From Dehalococcoidia bacterium (GTDB taxonomy: Bacteria; Chloroflexota; Dehalococcoidia; GIF9; UBA5629): a stretch of DNA of 64,000 nucleotides. The stretch is taken from assembly GCA_050011565.1 (NCBI GenBank), contig JBEKIW010000001.1, positions 320,001 through 384,000 on the forward strand, read 5' to 3'. The position numbers were made by a program, and so were the translations under genes. Numbering within the stretch: position 1 is the stretch's first letter; every line of letters begins with the position of its first letter. Of the stretch, positions 29,188-39,335 are shown in pieces. The notes beneath the pieces are model-generated. The model was not told where the DNA came from, did not search any database, and was given only the letters and a program-made list of their open reading frames with translations.

Positions 29188-29285
29188 GAATCCTCCTTCT
29201 CATTCAAGCTCGCCGAGAGGTCGACTTTTTCCCTGAGTTTCACTGTTCCAGCGGCTTTCCAACATGGTTATGTCTTTCAAGCTAA

Positions 29286-29489
29286 TTATGGCTTGCCGGG
29301 TGTTTTCTTCGCGGTCTTAATCTCAACTACTTCCCTGCCTGCATAGGTACCGCAGGTTGGACAGGCATGATGAGGTAACTTGGGAGTGTGACACTGGGGG
29401 CAATCCACCAATATAGGCACGCTCAAAGCCAGGTGACTCCGTCTTTTACCTTGCCTTGCCTTGGCATATTTTCTTTTTGGTAAAGCCAT
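29286..29489 (-). CDS. rpmF: 50S ribosomal protein L32 (zinc-ribbon form)
   Basis: MALPKRK..RRSH..CPQC..PHHACPTCG. Confidence 0.96.
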   Translation of the reverse strand: MALPKRKYAKARQGKRRSHLALSVPILVDCPQCHTPKLPHHACPTCGTYAGREVVEIKTAKKTPGKP

Positions 29490-29999
29490 TTAGTTTTTAT
29501 TCTCCTTCCCCAGACCGATTAGTTTCGACCAGCGTTGGTCTTTGACACTTGAGGGGCACTGACAGGGCTCACGGTTAAGGTCATGCCCACACGTTGGGCA
29601 AATGCCAGCGCAATCTAAACGACAAAGTGGCTTGGCAGGCACAGCAAGCAATGCATATTGGCGTATTGCTTCGCTTAGATCCAGCGTATGGTCCTCATCA
29701 ATATTAAGGTTATCATATTGACCCGCTGAAGATAAACCCTCTGGTGCGGGTACATCAGGAAGAGCTTCCTCTTCAAAGTCATATTGTACGTCACAATCAA
29801 TCGTTTTCAGGCACCGACTGCAAATTCCCTTTACTGAGGCTGTGATTTTGCCTCTGACTATGATGCCGCGATTGGTGCGAATTAATATGACATCCCCATT
29901 GACGAAATTTATGTCGTCCGTATCCACAGGCTCGTCAATATGGTAACTACGGCTTGAGCCAATCGGTTCTTTCAGTAATTGGGCAACGTTGATGCTCAT
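29490..29999 (-). CDS. yceD: DUF177/YceD family protein
   Basis: CSRCL, PLC..DCAGICP.CG..LN, DQRW; upstream of rpmF. Confidence 0.92.
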   Translation of the reverse strand: MSINVAQLLKEPIGSSRSYHIDEPVDTDDINFVNGDVILIRTNRGIIVRGKITASVKGICSRCLKTIDCDVQYDFEEEALPDVPAPEGLSSAGQYDNLNIDEDHTLDLSEAIRQYALLAVPAKPLCRLDCAGICPTCGHDLNREPCQCPSSVKDQRWSKLIGLGKENKN

Positions 30000-30128
30000 T
30001 TTTTCTACAGACATTGTGAGGTTAATTATAAGTTGAGATATATTTGAAGTCAAGCTAATGCATTGTCGGCAGATATTCCCTTTTGGACGATTGAATGACG
30101 GTGAAATATATCTTGTTATTGGAGTATA

Positions 30129-31346
30129 ATGGCTAATCGTGGGGTAGATTCAACAGTGGCAAATAAAGCTTTGACAAAGGCGGAACTTAAAGCTGAGATA
30201 TGCCGGCGAGTAGAGGAGCAGCGCCAGGCGCTTATTGAGTTAAGTCTCAATATCCATGATAACCCGGAACTGGGTTTCACAGAGGAAAAGGCGTCAGGCT
30301 GGCTGACCGGCTATCTGGCTAAAAATAATTTTCAGATAGAAAAAGGGATTGGGGGTTTGCCTACGGCTTTCAAAGCAGCCTATGGTAACAGCAAACCTGC
30401 CATTGCCTTGCTCGCCGAATATGATGCTCTACCTGAAATCGGACACGCCTGCGGTCACAATATAATCGCTGCTTCCGCGGCAGGAGCTGCTGTAGCCAGC
30501 AAATTAATCGTGGACAATTTCGGTGGGACAGTTTTTGTTTTTGGAACACCGGCGGAGGAGCTTTTTGGTGGTAAGGTGCCAATGTTGCAGGCTGGAGTTT
30601 TTAATGGGGTGGATGTAGCTATGATAGTACACCCGGGGGTGCTGGACACCGCGATGAGCGAAGGCTTGGCGTGCATTGGCTTAGATGTTCAATTTTTTGG
30701 CAAGGCAGCCCATGCTGCCGCCTATCCCGAGCGGGGAATAAACGCGCTCGAGGCTATGATTTTGGCATTTAACGCTGTAAATTCACTACGCCAGCATATT
30801 AAAGATAGGGCCCGGATTCACGGTATAATAACTCACGGTGGCGAGGCGGCTAATGTGGTGCCCGCGCACTCAGCGGCTACATTTTTTGTTCGCGCTCAGG
30901 ATAATATCTATCTTGATGAGTTAAAACAAAAGGTACTAAAATGCTTCGAAGGGGCAGCGCTGGCTACGGGGGCACGATTGGACTATAAATGGGCCGACAT
31001 AGTCTACGCCCCTATGAAGAACAACTTAGTCTTAGCGCAGCTATTTGCCCAGAATCTGGAATCTCTAGGCCGCAAGGTAGCATCATTAGAACCCTATTTC
31101 GGTTTCGGCAGCACAGATATGGGTAATATCAGCCAGGTCATACCTGCTATTCATCCTTCCGTTGCCATTGTTTCTCCGAATGTGCAGTTACATTCTGAAG
31201 ACTTTGTCCTAGCTGCTGCCTCGGAGCCAGGACATAAAGGGCTTTTAGATTCGGCTAAAGCTCTGGCGATGACGGTTGCTGACCTGCTCGGTGAACCTGA
31301 AAATCTGGTCAGAGTAAAGGATGAATTCTCCAGGCGACCGCATTAG
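30129..31346 (+). CDS. M20-family amidohydrolase (ACY1L2/AbgB-like)
   Basis: HDNPELGFTE, AEYDAL, GHACGHN, GTPAEE, GSTDMGN. Confidence 0.92.
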   Translation: MANRGVDSTVANKALTKAELKAEICRRVEEQRQALIELSLNIHDNPELGFTEEKASGWLTGYLAKNNFQIEKGIGGLPTAFKAAYGNSKPAIALLAEYDALPEIGHACGHNIIAASAAGAAVASKLIVDNFGGTVFVFGTPAEELFGGKVPMLQAGVFNGVDVAMIVHPGVLDTAMSEGLACIGLDVQFFGKAAHAAAYPERGINALEAMILAFNAVNSLRQHIKDRARIHGIITHGGEAANVVPAHSAATFFVRAQDNIYLDELKQKVLKCFEGAALATGARLDYKWADIVYAPMKNNLVLAQLFAQNLESLGRKVASLEPYFGFGSTDMGNISQVIPAIHPSVAIVSPNVQLHSEDFVLAAASEPGHKGLLDSAKALAMTVADLLGEPENLVRVKDEFSRRPH

Positions 31347-31541
31347 AAAATATGTTTTAAGCCTTGGCCTGCAAGTGATTATTTAATAACGCTTGGCAAA
31401 ATTTTTTAGAGTTGGAGCTTGTGGCACCTTTGTTGTATCGGGCAAAAATTCTGGAAAAATTATAAAATAAGGGCCACAGTTTGTATTTTGTGCCATAGGT
31501 AAATTATTGAACAAAACCTGGCTATAGACGGAGGATAGAGA

Positions 31542-32000
31542 ATGAAGGTTATTTTTCTGAAAGATGTACCCAAGGGCAAGAGGGGGGAGATAAAAGAGGT
31601 AGCTGACGGTTATGCCAGAAACTTTCTTTTTCCAAAAGGCATGGCTTTGCCAGCCACGCCATCGGCTACAAAAGAAGCTAAACTGCTATTAGATAAGAAG
31701 GTAGAGCATCAGACGCGGCAGCAAGAGGAGCAAAGTAAAGTAGCTCAGGAACTTGAGGGCAAAGAGCTGCAGTTCAAGGCTAAAGCAGGCGCTAAAGGTC
31801 GCCTTCACGGTGCTATTACCAGCGCTAATATAGCTGAAGAACTTTCTCGAGTTACCGGCTTGGAGATTGATAAGAAAAGAGTCGAGATGGACGAGCCATT
31901 GCATCAACTTGGGGACTATGAGATAGTAATTAACCTGGGCACGGGGTCCGTAGCGAAAATAAAGGTAATCATCGAGGAAGAAACCGCTCCAAATGATTAG
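31542..32000 (+). CDS. rplI: 50S ribosomal protein L9
   Basis: [29 protein letters not shown]. Confidence 0.97.
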   Translation: MKVIFLKDVPKGKRGEIKEVADGYARNFLFPKGMALPATPSATKEAKLLLDKKVEHQTRQQEEQSKVAQELEGKELQFKAKAGAKGRLHGAITSANIAEELSRVTGLEIDKKRVEMDEPLHQLGDYEIVINLGTGSVAKIKVIIEEETAPND

Positions 32001-33363
32001 CGATAATTTGCCCCCGCATGATATTGAAGCTGAAAAAGCAGTGCTTGGCTCTATGCTTATTGACAGCGAGGGCATATTCAAAATTGCTACTTTCCTGGCG
32101 CCGGAGGACTTCTTCAATCTGGAAAATCAGTTGGTTTACGAGGCCTGTTTCAACCTGTATCAGCGTAATGAGGGCATAAATCAAATAACCGTAGCCCGTG
32201 AATTAATTCAGAAGGAAAGGTTGGAAGAGGTTGGAGGAGCTGCTTATCTGAGCCACCTGGTTTCTACGGTACCCACCTCTCTCCATATCGAGTATTATGC
32301 ACAGATAGTATCCAGACTGGCTATAATGAGGCGGCTTATAAGCGCCGGCAGTCAAATTACTGCTCTTGGCTATGAAGCTGATGCCGAGGTTGATGTTGCG
32401 CTCAGCAGGGCAGAGGACGTCCTGTTTAAGGTAAGGCAGAGACGGAGTCGCCAGGATTTTGTACTTATTCGTCAGGTTCTGGGCCAGTATTTTGAAGAAG
32501 CCGGACCGACCCAGACCAGAGAAGAAGCTATTCCGCATGTGCTTACCTACTTCACGGCTGTAGACGATATATTAGGTGGCTTGCAGCGTTCCGACCTGAT
32601 TGTTCTGGGCGCCAGACCAAGTGCCGGCAAGACCAGCCTGGCTCTGAATATCGCCCGAAATACGGCCATTAACCAGAAAGCCTGTGTTGCCCTATTTAGC
32701 CTGGAAATGTCCCGGCAGGCGGTCGTCCAACGTCTTCTGTCAAATGAGGCCAATGTAGATTCCAAGAGCGTACGCTTGGGGCTTTATACGGAGAAGGAAG
32801 AGAGAAGGATTATGGAAGCCAGCGGCATCCTTTCTGAAGTGCCCATCTACATTGACGATTCGCCCCAGATGAGAGTAGTGGAGATGCGGAGCAAGGCGAA
32901 GCGACTTAATTTTGAGCGCACAGTCGACCTGGTTATCGTTGACTATCTACAGCTGATACAGGGAGCAGCTAGAAGCGAGAGTAGGGTACAGGAATTGAGC
33001 GAGATAACGCGCTCGCTGAAGGCGCTGGCTCGTGAGATAGAGGCACCGGTACTGGCTATTTCGCAGCTTAGCCGTGCCGTCGAATGGCGAGCATCTCACA
33101 AACCACAGCTGTCAGACCTGAGAGACAGCGGCAGCATCGAACAAGATGCCGATGTGGTTATGTTCATCTCGCGTGATGAAATGTATTTCACCGAAGACGA
33201 ATGGAAGAAAGCTCATGATATTGAAGTTGAACCTTATCCCAGGGGTATTGCCGACGTAATCATCGCCAAGCATCGTAATGGCCCGACCGGTGAGGTTAAA
33301 CTGCATTTTATTACCAAAACGGCCAAATTCGAAGACCTGGAGACTGAGTTGAGTGCGACCTAA
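31993..33363 (+). CDS. dnaB: Replicative DNA helicase
   Basis: [49 protein letters not shown]. Confidence 0.98.
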   Translation: MISDNLPPHDIEAEKAVLGSMLIDSEGIFKIATFLAPEDFFNLENQLVYEACFNLYQRNEGINQITVARELIQKERLEEVGGAAYLSHLVSTVPTSLHIEYYAQIVSRLAIMRRLISAGSQITALGYEADAEVDVALSRAEDVLFKVRQRRSRQDFVLIRQVLGQYFEEAGPTQTREEAIPHVLTYFTAVDDILGGLQRSDLIVLGARPSAGKTSLALNIARNTAINQKACVALFSLEMSRQAVVQRLLSNEANVDSKSVRLGLYTEKEERRIMEASGILSEVPIYIDDSPQMRVVEMRSKAKRLNFERTVDLVIVDYLQLIQGAARSESRVQELSEITRSLKALAREIEAPVLAISQLSRAVEWRASHKPQLSDLRDSGSIEQDADVVMFISRDEMYFTEDEWKKAHDIEVEPYPRGIADVIIAKHRNGPTGEVKLHFITKTAKFEDLETELSAT

Positions 33364-33383
33364 TATCATTTGGGCGACGAAAT

Positions 33384-34106
33384 ATGAGTGAGACAGTGTT
33401 TTCCGGCTTCCCCTCCAGAGCTGAGGTTACTCCCATACCTAATCTGTTCTTCACTGCAGTTATGCCGCGGATTAGTGGCGTGGCCGAGCTTAAGACAGTA
33501 TTGCATATTTTCTGGCTACTCAGCCGCCGCCGCGGCTACCCGCAGTTTGTAACCTGTGCTGAACTATTAGCTGACCCTATACTTATGGGTGGCATAGAGG
33601 CGGTAGGCGAGCCAAAAGAGGAAGTGCTTCGTGAAGCGCTTCGACAAACTGTGCAGCATGGCATAATGATGCATGTCAGAATTGATAGGGAAGGGCAGCC
33701 TGAAGACGCCTATTTTGTTAATAACGATGCTGGGAGAGACGCGGTCAGTAAAATTGAGCAAGGCGAGCTTCCGTCTCTGGTTTTAGCACCCCGGAAAGGT
33801 GAGGAAGCGGAAATTAAGCCGCTACCAAACATTTTCAGCCTTTATGAACAAAACATTGGAATGCTTAGGCCATTGATTGCCGAACAACTTCAGGAGGCGG
33901 AGAGACTTTATCCGGCAGATTGGATCGAGAGCGCTTTTAAGGAGGCTGCGGCTTTAAATAAGCGTAGCTGGAAGTACGTTCTTCGTATTTTAGAACGGTG
34001 GTCTATCGAAGGTAAAGATGATGGAAAGTTTAGGAGAGATACTGAAAAAGAGAGCGACCGGGAAAAGTACATCAGGGGCAAGTACGGACACATGGTTAAA
34101 GGGTGA
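33384..34106 (+). CDS. DnaD-domain replication protein
   Basis: IFSLYEQNIG..W..AF.EA...N.RSWKYV.RILERW; between dnaB and the loader ATPase. Confidence 0.85.
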   Translation: MSETVFSGFPSRAEVTPIPNLFFTAVMPRISGVAELKTVLHIFWLLSRRRGYPQFVTCAELLADPILMGGIEAVGEPKEEVLREALRQTVQHGIMMHVRIDREGQPEDAYFVNNDAGRDAVSKIEQGELPSLVLAPRKGEEAEIKPLPNIFSLYEQNIGMLRPLIAEQLQEAERLYPADWIESAFKEAAALNKRSWKYVLRILERWSIEGKDDGKFRRDTEKESDREKYIRGKYGHMVKG

Positions 34107-35442
34107 ATCAGGAGCTAACAGCTCACCTGATTCGACTTGCCCGATATGTAAAGGAGCTGGCTTCATACATCCTTTATCGGCTTCGGGGCAGCCTGATTTC
34201 AGTCGAGTTGTTCCGTGCCAGTGCAGCCGGCAGGGATTGAAAAAGGAGAAACTGAGTCAGCTTCAACAATTCAGTAACCTTGGCGCTCTATCCCGGCTAA
34301 GTTTTGACAACCTCATACCGACCGGCAGATACGAAGATGCCGCGTTACAGCAGAATTTCACGAAAGCCTACGAAGCTGCCAAGGCTTTTGCCAATGAGCC
34401 GAAGGGGTGGTTGATTTTAGTTGGCCCGAACGGTTGTGGAAAAACGCATCTAGCCTGTGCCATCGCCAATTACCGGCTAAGTCTGGGTCAGCCCGCTTTT
34501 TATATAGGTGCCGCTGACCTGCTGGACCATCTCCGGAGCGCTTTCAGCCCCAGCAGTGAAATTGCTTATGACGAACTGTTCGAGCGGGTTAGAAATGCGC
34601 CGCTTTTAATCCTGGATGATTTGACCATGACGGCTACCACTGCCTGGGCTAAAGGAAAATTGGAACAGTTGCTGGATTATCGTTTCAATATGCGCTTACC
34701 TGCAGTTATCACCACCGATACGCCGATTGAAGAGTTTGACGAGAGTTTGCGAGGTCATCTGGCAGATTCTGAAATATGCAGTATATATGTAATCCGTGGA
34801 AAATCGACGTTGATTCTGGAGCATCTGGGCAGTATAGAGTTGGAGGCGTTACGCCAAAAAGCCTTCAATAATTTTGACTATAAGCTCTCGAATCTGTCAC
34901 CTGAGGAGCGCCAGAGCCTGGAGCAGGCCTACCGGAATGCCGTCAATTTTGCTAAATCCCCGGAAGGCTGGTTAGTTTTTATGGGTGTCAACGGTTGCGG
35001 CAAAACACATCTGGCGGCCGCCGTTGCTAACTATCTGCGCCGGGAGAGTAAATCAGTACTGTTCATCGTGGTTACCGACCTCCTCGATTATTTGCGTTCC
35101 ACTTTTAACCCGGAGAGCAGAGTTACCTACGACGAGCTCTTCGAGAAAATTAAGAAGGCCCCGGTGCTTATTCTGGATGATTTTGGTGAGCAGTCAGCGA
35201 CGCCGTGGGCTCAGGAAAAGCTCTATCAGCTAATAAACTATCGTTATAATGCCAGATTAGCCACTGTAATTACTACCTGCCTGTCACTGGATGAGATTGA
35301 AAGCCGCATAAGCTCCCGTATGGTTGACCCCAGCCTCAGCCTGGTCTTGAGAATCAATGCCCCCGATTATCGGGGTGATATAAAAGCCCCACGAGCTCGT
35401 GAAACCAAGTCCCAGCAACGATACCCGCGGCGAAATCGCTAG
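34018..35442 (+). CDS. DnaC/IstB-like helicase-loader ATPase with two tandem AAA domains
   Basis: CPICKG..PCQC Zn motif; two Walker A (GPNGCGKT, GVNGCGKT) and two Walker B (LILDD). Confidence 0.88.
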   Translation: MMESLGEILKKRATGKSTSGASTDTWLKGESGANSSPDSTCPICKGAGFIHPLSASGQPDFSRVVPCQCSRQGLKKEKLSQLQQFSNLGALSRLSFDNLIPTGRYEDAALQQNFTKAYEAAKAFANEPKGWLILVGPNGCGKTHLACAIANYRLSLGQPAFYIGAADLLDHLRSAFSPSSEIAYDELFERVRNAPLLILDDLTMTATTAWAKGKLEQLLDYRFNMRLPAVITTDTPIEEFDESLRGHLADSEICSIYVIRGKSTLILEHLGSIELEALRQKAFNNFDYKLSNLSPEERQSLEQAYRNAVNFAKSPEGWLVFMGVNGCGKTHLAAAVANYLRRESKSVLFIVVTDLLDYLRSTFNPESRVTYDELFEKIKKAPVLILDDFGEQSATPWAQEKLYQLINYRYNARLATVITTCLSLDEIESRISSRMVDPSLSLVLRINAPDYRGDIKAPRARETKSQQRYPRRNR

Positions 35443-35507
35443 CTTCCAGGTATTTGTAGGCCAGGGATTTTCTTGCTAAAATAACCAAAATTGTTCAGGG
35501 TAGCATC

Positions 35508-36011
35508 GTGGTAAATTCACCGGTCTTAGTACTTAATCAAAATTATGAGCCACTTAACATATGCAGAGTGCGCCGGGCTATAATCTTGCTGTTCCGCGGC
35601 AAGGCTGAGGTTTTGGAGAATGGGCGGGGAAATCTCCATTCTAGCGATGGCGTTTTCGATATCCCTTCTGTGATTAGACTCGGTTATTTTATCAAGCGCC
35701 CGCGGCAGCAGCGGAAATTGACCAAGCTTGAGGTTTTCAATCGTGACCTGTATGTTTGTCAGTACTGTGGCCGGGAAGGCAAGGAACTAACCTTGGACCA
35801 TGTTACACCGCGGCGGCGCGGTGGCCAACATAGCTGGGAAAATGTGGTAAGCGCCTGCATACCTTGTAACCGACGCAAGGCCGGGCGAACACCGGTCGAG
35901 GCCGGGATGCCGCTCCTTCGCCAACCGAGACAACCACGCAGTGATGGCTTCTACGTGCCCTTCCAGTACCTCCGTGTTCATACCGAGTGGCAGAAGTACG
36001 TACCTCAGTGA
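35508..36011 (+). CDS. HNH endonuclease family protein
   Basis: VLVLN.NYEPL, RD.Y.CQYCG, TLDHV.P..RGG..WEN.V.AC..CN..K. Confidence 0.92.
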   Translation: MVNSPVLVLNQNYEPLNICRVRRAIILLFRGKAEVLENGRGNLHSSDGVFDIPSVIRLGYFIKRPRQQRKLTKLEVFNRDLYVCQYCGREGKELTLDHVTPRRRGGQHSWENVVSACIPCNRRKAGRTPVEAGMPLLRQPRQPRSDGFYVPFQYLRVHTEWQKYVPQ

Positions 36012-36847
36012 ACCTGGGTCTTTGTCTGCTGGCTGCCACCTTCCGGTTTTGCTTGCCAGTGTACCTGGCTAAGCGGTAATTCTACGGTAACCCCTGTTTC
36101 TAATTCTACGGTTACTGTCTCTTTAATCGAATTACAGCTAACGACTTTAGCATTGCCCAAGGCTGTAGATACTTCTTGTCGCAATGCCGGCATTTTTTCT
36201 TTCGTTGCCCGGTATTGCTCGTATTCATAGCCCAAACAGCAGAGGAGTCGACCGCAGATGCCGGACGTTTTCATCGGGTTGAGTGTAATATCTTGCTCTT
36301 TTGCCATCTTGATGGAAACTGGCGCAAACTCACTGAGGAAAGTGGTACAGCATAGCGGGCAGCCACATTTACCCAAGCCGCCGACTAACTTTGCCTCGTC
36401 CCTGGCTCCCACCTGCCTTAGTTCGACGCGTGCCTTGAGACTGCGGCTCAACTCCCGAACAAGCTCGCGGAAATCGACTCTTTTTTCAGCACTGAAAAAG
36501 ACGGTAAGATGGCTTCCATCCAGATTGTACTGAGCCCATATCGGTTTCATTGGCAGGTTGAGTTTTTCTATTAGCTCTCTACATTTGGCTACGGCGTTCT
36601 TTGCCCGTTCTTGTTGCCGGTTAGCTCTTTCTATGTCTTCGGCCAGCGCTTTGCGGATAACCGGTTTTAACGGCTCGGTTATTTCACTGTGAATGACTTG
36701 TTTTGGGGAGATGACCACTTTACCGAGTTCATGGCCGTGGCTGGTCTCAACCACCACGTCATCATTTGTTTCCAACGGGATATCCGCAGCGTCAAAGTAG
36801 TAAACTTTGCCAGCCGACTGTAAACGAACTCCAACTGTTTCTGACAT
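36005..36847 (-). CDS. ricT: PSP1/YaaT (RicT) family protein
   Basis: RVDFRELV, RQVGARDEAK, GKCG..LCC, SIKMAK.Q, SGICGRLLCCL.YE. Confidence 0.92.
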   Translation of the reverse strand: MSETVGVRLQSAGKVYYFDAADIPLETNDDVVVETSHGHELGKVVISPKQVIHSEITEPLKPVIRKALAEDIERANRQQERAKNAVAKCRELIEKLNLPMKPIWAQYNLDGSHLTVFFSAEKRVDFRELVRELSRSLKARVELRQVGARDEAKLVGGLGKCGCPLCCTTFLSEFAPVSIKMAKEQDITLNPMKTSGICGRLLCCLGYEYEQYRATKEKMPALRQEVSTALGNAKVVSCNSIKETVTVELETGVTVELPLSQVHWQAKPEGGSQQTKTQVH

Positions 36848-36849
36848 TA

Positions 36850-37890
36850 TTATTTTACGGGTCCGGGTAACGTTGCCTGGCCCGGTGCCCTCTCCTTTCC
36901 AGGTATATTAAGCATAAGTATTTCAAACACCAAGCGTAAGTTAGCATTTATGGCGATTTGATTTAGCGATTTTTGCAGGCTATCGATGAAATCCCTGACA
37001 TCCGACAAACTTAGTACCTCATCCCATTGCTCAAGTACAGGCATATAATCGATATTGGTGACAGCTTGTTTGCATCCGCATTTGGTCAACATCACATCAC
37101 GCCACCAGGCTAGCCAGAGTTTTATTATCTCTTCGGCGGATTTACGTTCATTGGCAAGTCTAGCCGCGTAATTGAAGCGCTCTTCCCAGCCGGTGGTTAG
37201 CAGGGAAAACATCTCGGCTAGTCTTTGGTTCCGCTGCGCCAGATAACTGTCGTCAATTGAAACGCTTAATGCCCAGCCAAAGCAGCCGTGAGACAATCGG
37301 GCTAGGAGTCCGGCCTTATCACGCTCAATTCCGTATGATTCCATGAGCATCTTCTCGACTTCATCACTTGACAGCGGCTTTAGCTCGAGGCGCTGGCAAC
37401 GCGATACAACCGTTGGCAGTAGCCGCTGCTCTTCCGCGGTCAGGAGAAGTATGATTACCTGAGGCGGCGGTTCCTCTATTGTCTTAAGCAAGCAATTTGC
37501 CGCCTCGGTGGACAAATATTCAGCGCCATCAATAATGAATACTTTACATTTACCCTCGAACGGCGGCAAGCTAGCATTGTGTTGCAGTTCCCTAATGTCA
37601 TCGATACTGATCTCCACTCGTGCTTTCGTGTCACCAGAGTCTTTGGCCGAGTTCAAGGATATGATTCGAATATCAGCATGCTTGCCGTCACTGATTCTCT
37701 TGCAGGATTGACATTGACCGCATGGCGGCTCGCTTCCCTGACAGTTCAAAGCTCGGGCTAAGTCGAGAGACAACGTCATCTTACCTATGTGAGGCGCCCC
37801 TACAAAAAGATAAGCATGAGCCAGACTGCCGGTTTGAAGGCCATGTTTAAGTAAAGCTAAAGCTTCGGGTTGCCCGATAGTTTGCCACAT
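36850..37890 (-). CDS. holB: DNA polymerase III delta' subunit
   Basis: HAYLF.G...IGK, PCGQCQSC, AANCLLK.IEEP, TVVSRC. Confidence 0.94.
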   Translation of the reverse strand: MWQTIGQPEALALLKHGLQTGSLAHAYLFVGAPHIGKMTLSLDLARALNCQGSEPPCGQCQSCKRISDGKHADIRIISLNSAKDSGDTKARVEISIDDIRELQHNASLPPFEGKCKVFIIDGAEYLSTEAANCLLKTIEEPPPQVIILLLTAEEQRLLPTVVSRCQRLELKPLSSDEVEKMLMESYGIERDKAGLLARLSHGCFGWALSVSIDDSYLAQRNQRLAEMFSLLTTGWEERFNYAARLANERKSAEEIIKLWLAWWRDVMLTKCGCKQAVTNIDYMPVLEQWDEVLSLSDVRDFIDSLQKSLNQIAINANLRLVFEILMLNIPGKERAPGQATLPGPVK

Positions 37891-37895
37891 ATTTT

Positions 37896-39236
37896 CTAAA
37901 TTACATCCAATCTCATTAGGTCCTTATAGGTTTCGCGCTTACGAATGAGACGAGCCTTGCCGTCCTTGACCATAGCAATAGCCGGCCTGGGGACCATATT
38001 ATAGTTGCTCGACATGGGTATTGAATAAGCGCCGCTGACCGGTATAGCGATGATATCTCCTGCCGATACAGAGGCCAGGCTCACGTCTCTGGCTAAAATA
38101 TCACCCGACTCACAATATTTGCCGGCGATAGTAACCTTTGTCGACTCATCTTGGTCAACTTTGTTTGCCGCCAGAACTTCATATCTTGCTTCGTAAAGTG
38201 CCGGGCGAATGTTATCTCCCATACCGCCGTCCACGCAGACGTATTTCCGCACGCCGGGTATCTCTTTTATGGAACCAACGGTATACAATGCCACGCCAGC
38301 CTGTGCCACAACGGCTCTCCCCGGTTCGATAATTAGCTTCGGGCGTGTTAGTCCGAGTTCTTTAGCAAGACCTGTAACCTTGGCAGTTATAGCTTCGGCG
38401 TAATCAGCTATGCTTGGTGTTTGTTCGTCTAGGGCATATCTGACAGCGAATCCGCCGCCGGAGCTGAACTCATCCAGAGAAAAACCATGCTTGTCTTTCA
38501 TCTCCCTGGCAAAATTAAGGGCCAGGCTTATAGCTGCCTGATAGGGTGCGGTGTCCGGTATCGGTGAACCCAGGTGAAAATGGAGGCCAACGAGATTTAG
38601 GTTAGAGGCCGATATTGCTTTGGCCACGGCTGTTTCTGCCTGTCCGGTGGTAAGCGGAAAACCGAATTTGCTGTCCAGCATGCCGGTGGTAGTATGGCGA
38701 TGGGTGTGTGGGTCGACACCCGGCGTGAGGCGGAGCAAAATATTCTGTCTAACTCCCGTCTCACGAGCCAATGTATTGAGTAGCTCCAGTTCATAGAAGT
38801 TATCGACCACAATCCGCCCGATTCCCCAATCCAGAGCTAGCTTTAGCTCATTCGAGGTCTTATTATTGCCATGGAAGTATACGTTTTCCCTGGGGAAATC
38901 CACTGATTGAGCCACGCTCAGCTCTCCACCGGAAACGACATCGAGTCCCAGACCTTCCTCTTTGAGGATTGTAGCTAAAGCCCGGTTCAGGAAAGCCTTT
39001 GAAGCGTATAGAATCATTGTGTCTGAATAACGCCTGGTGAACTCCGCCTTGAACTCCCGGCACCTGGAGCGGAGAGTGTCCTCGTCGAAAACATAGAGTG
39101 GAGTGCCGAATTTCTTCGATAGCTCTACACAGTCGCAGCCACCAATTTGAAGGTGACCGTGGCTGTCAACCTTAGCTGTCAATGGAAACAATGAAAGCTT
39201 ATGTGAATCGCTTTGGCGCATATAATCAACATCCAA
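37896..39236 (-). CDS. lysA: Diaminopimelate decarboxylase
   Basis: YASKA, DVVSGGEL, HGNNK, SKFG, EPGR, VDGGM..NIRPALY, GKYCESGD. Confidence 0.96.
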   Translation of the reverse strand: MDVDYMRQSDSHKLSLFPLTAKVDSHGHLQIGGCDCVELSKKFGTPLYVFDEDTLRSRCREFKAEFTRRYSDTMILYASKAFLNRALATILKEEGLGLDVVSGGELSVAQSVDFPRENVYFHGNNKTSNELKLALDWGIGRIVVDNFYELELLNTLARETGVRQNILLRLTPGVDPHTHRHTTTGMLDSKFGFPLTTGQAETAVAKAISASNLNLVGLHFHLGSPIPDTAPYQAAISLALNFAREMKDKHGFSLDEFSSGGGFAVRYALDEQTPSIADYAEAITAKVTGLAKELGLTRPKLIIEPGRAVVAQAGVALYTVGSIKEIPGVRKYVCVDGGMGDNIRPALYEARYEVLAANKVDQDESTKVTIAGKYCESGDILARDVSLASVSAGDIIAIPVSGAYSIPMSSNYNMVPRPAIAMVKDGKARLIRKRETYKDLMRLDVI

Positions 39237-39335
39237 TTATCTTTAGACATAATACATGATAATTATACTATTCTCATAGCTAATCTGCCATCCTGGCATA
39301 AAGGCCAATGAATTGAGTTCACATTCAAAGATGTC

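Noticed and set aside
33384-36011. Prophage or IS21 element (DnaD, IstB-like ATPase, HNH)
   Set aside because: No integrase, IstA, structural genes or att sites; embedded in the rplI-dnaB housekeeping operon.
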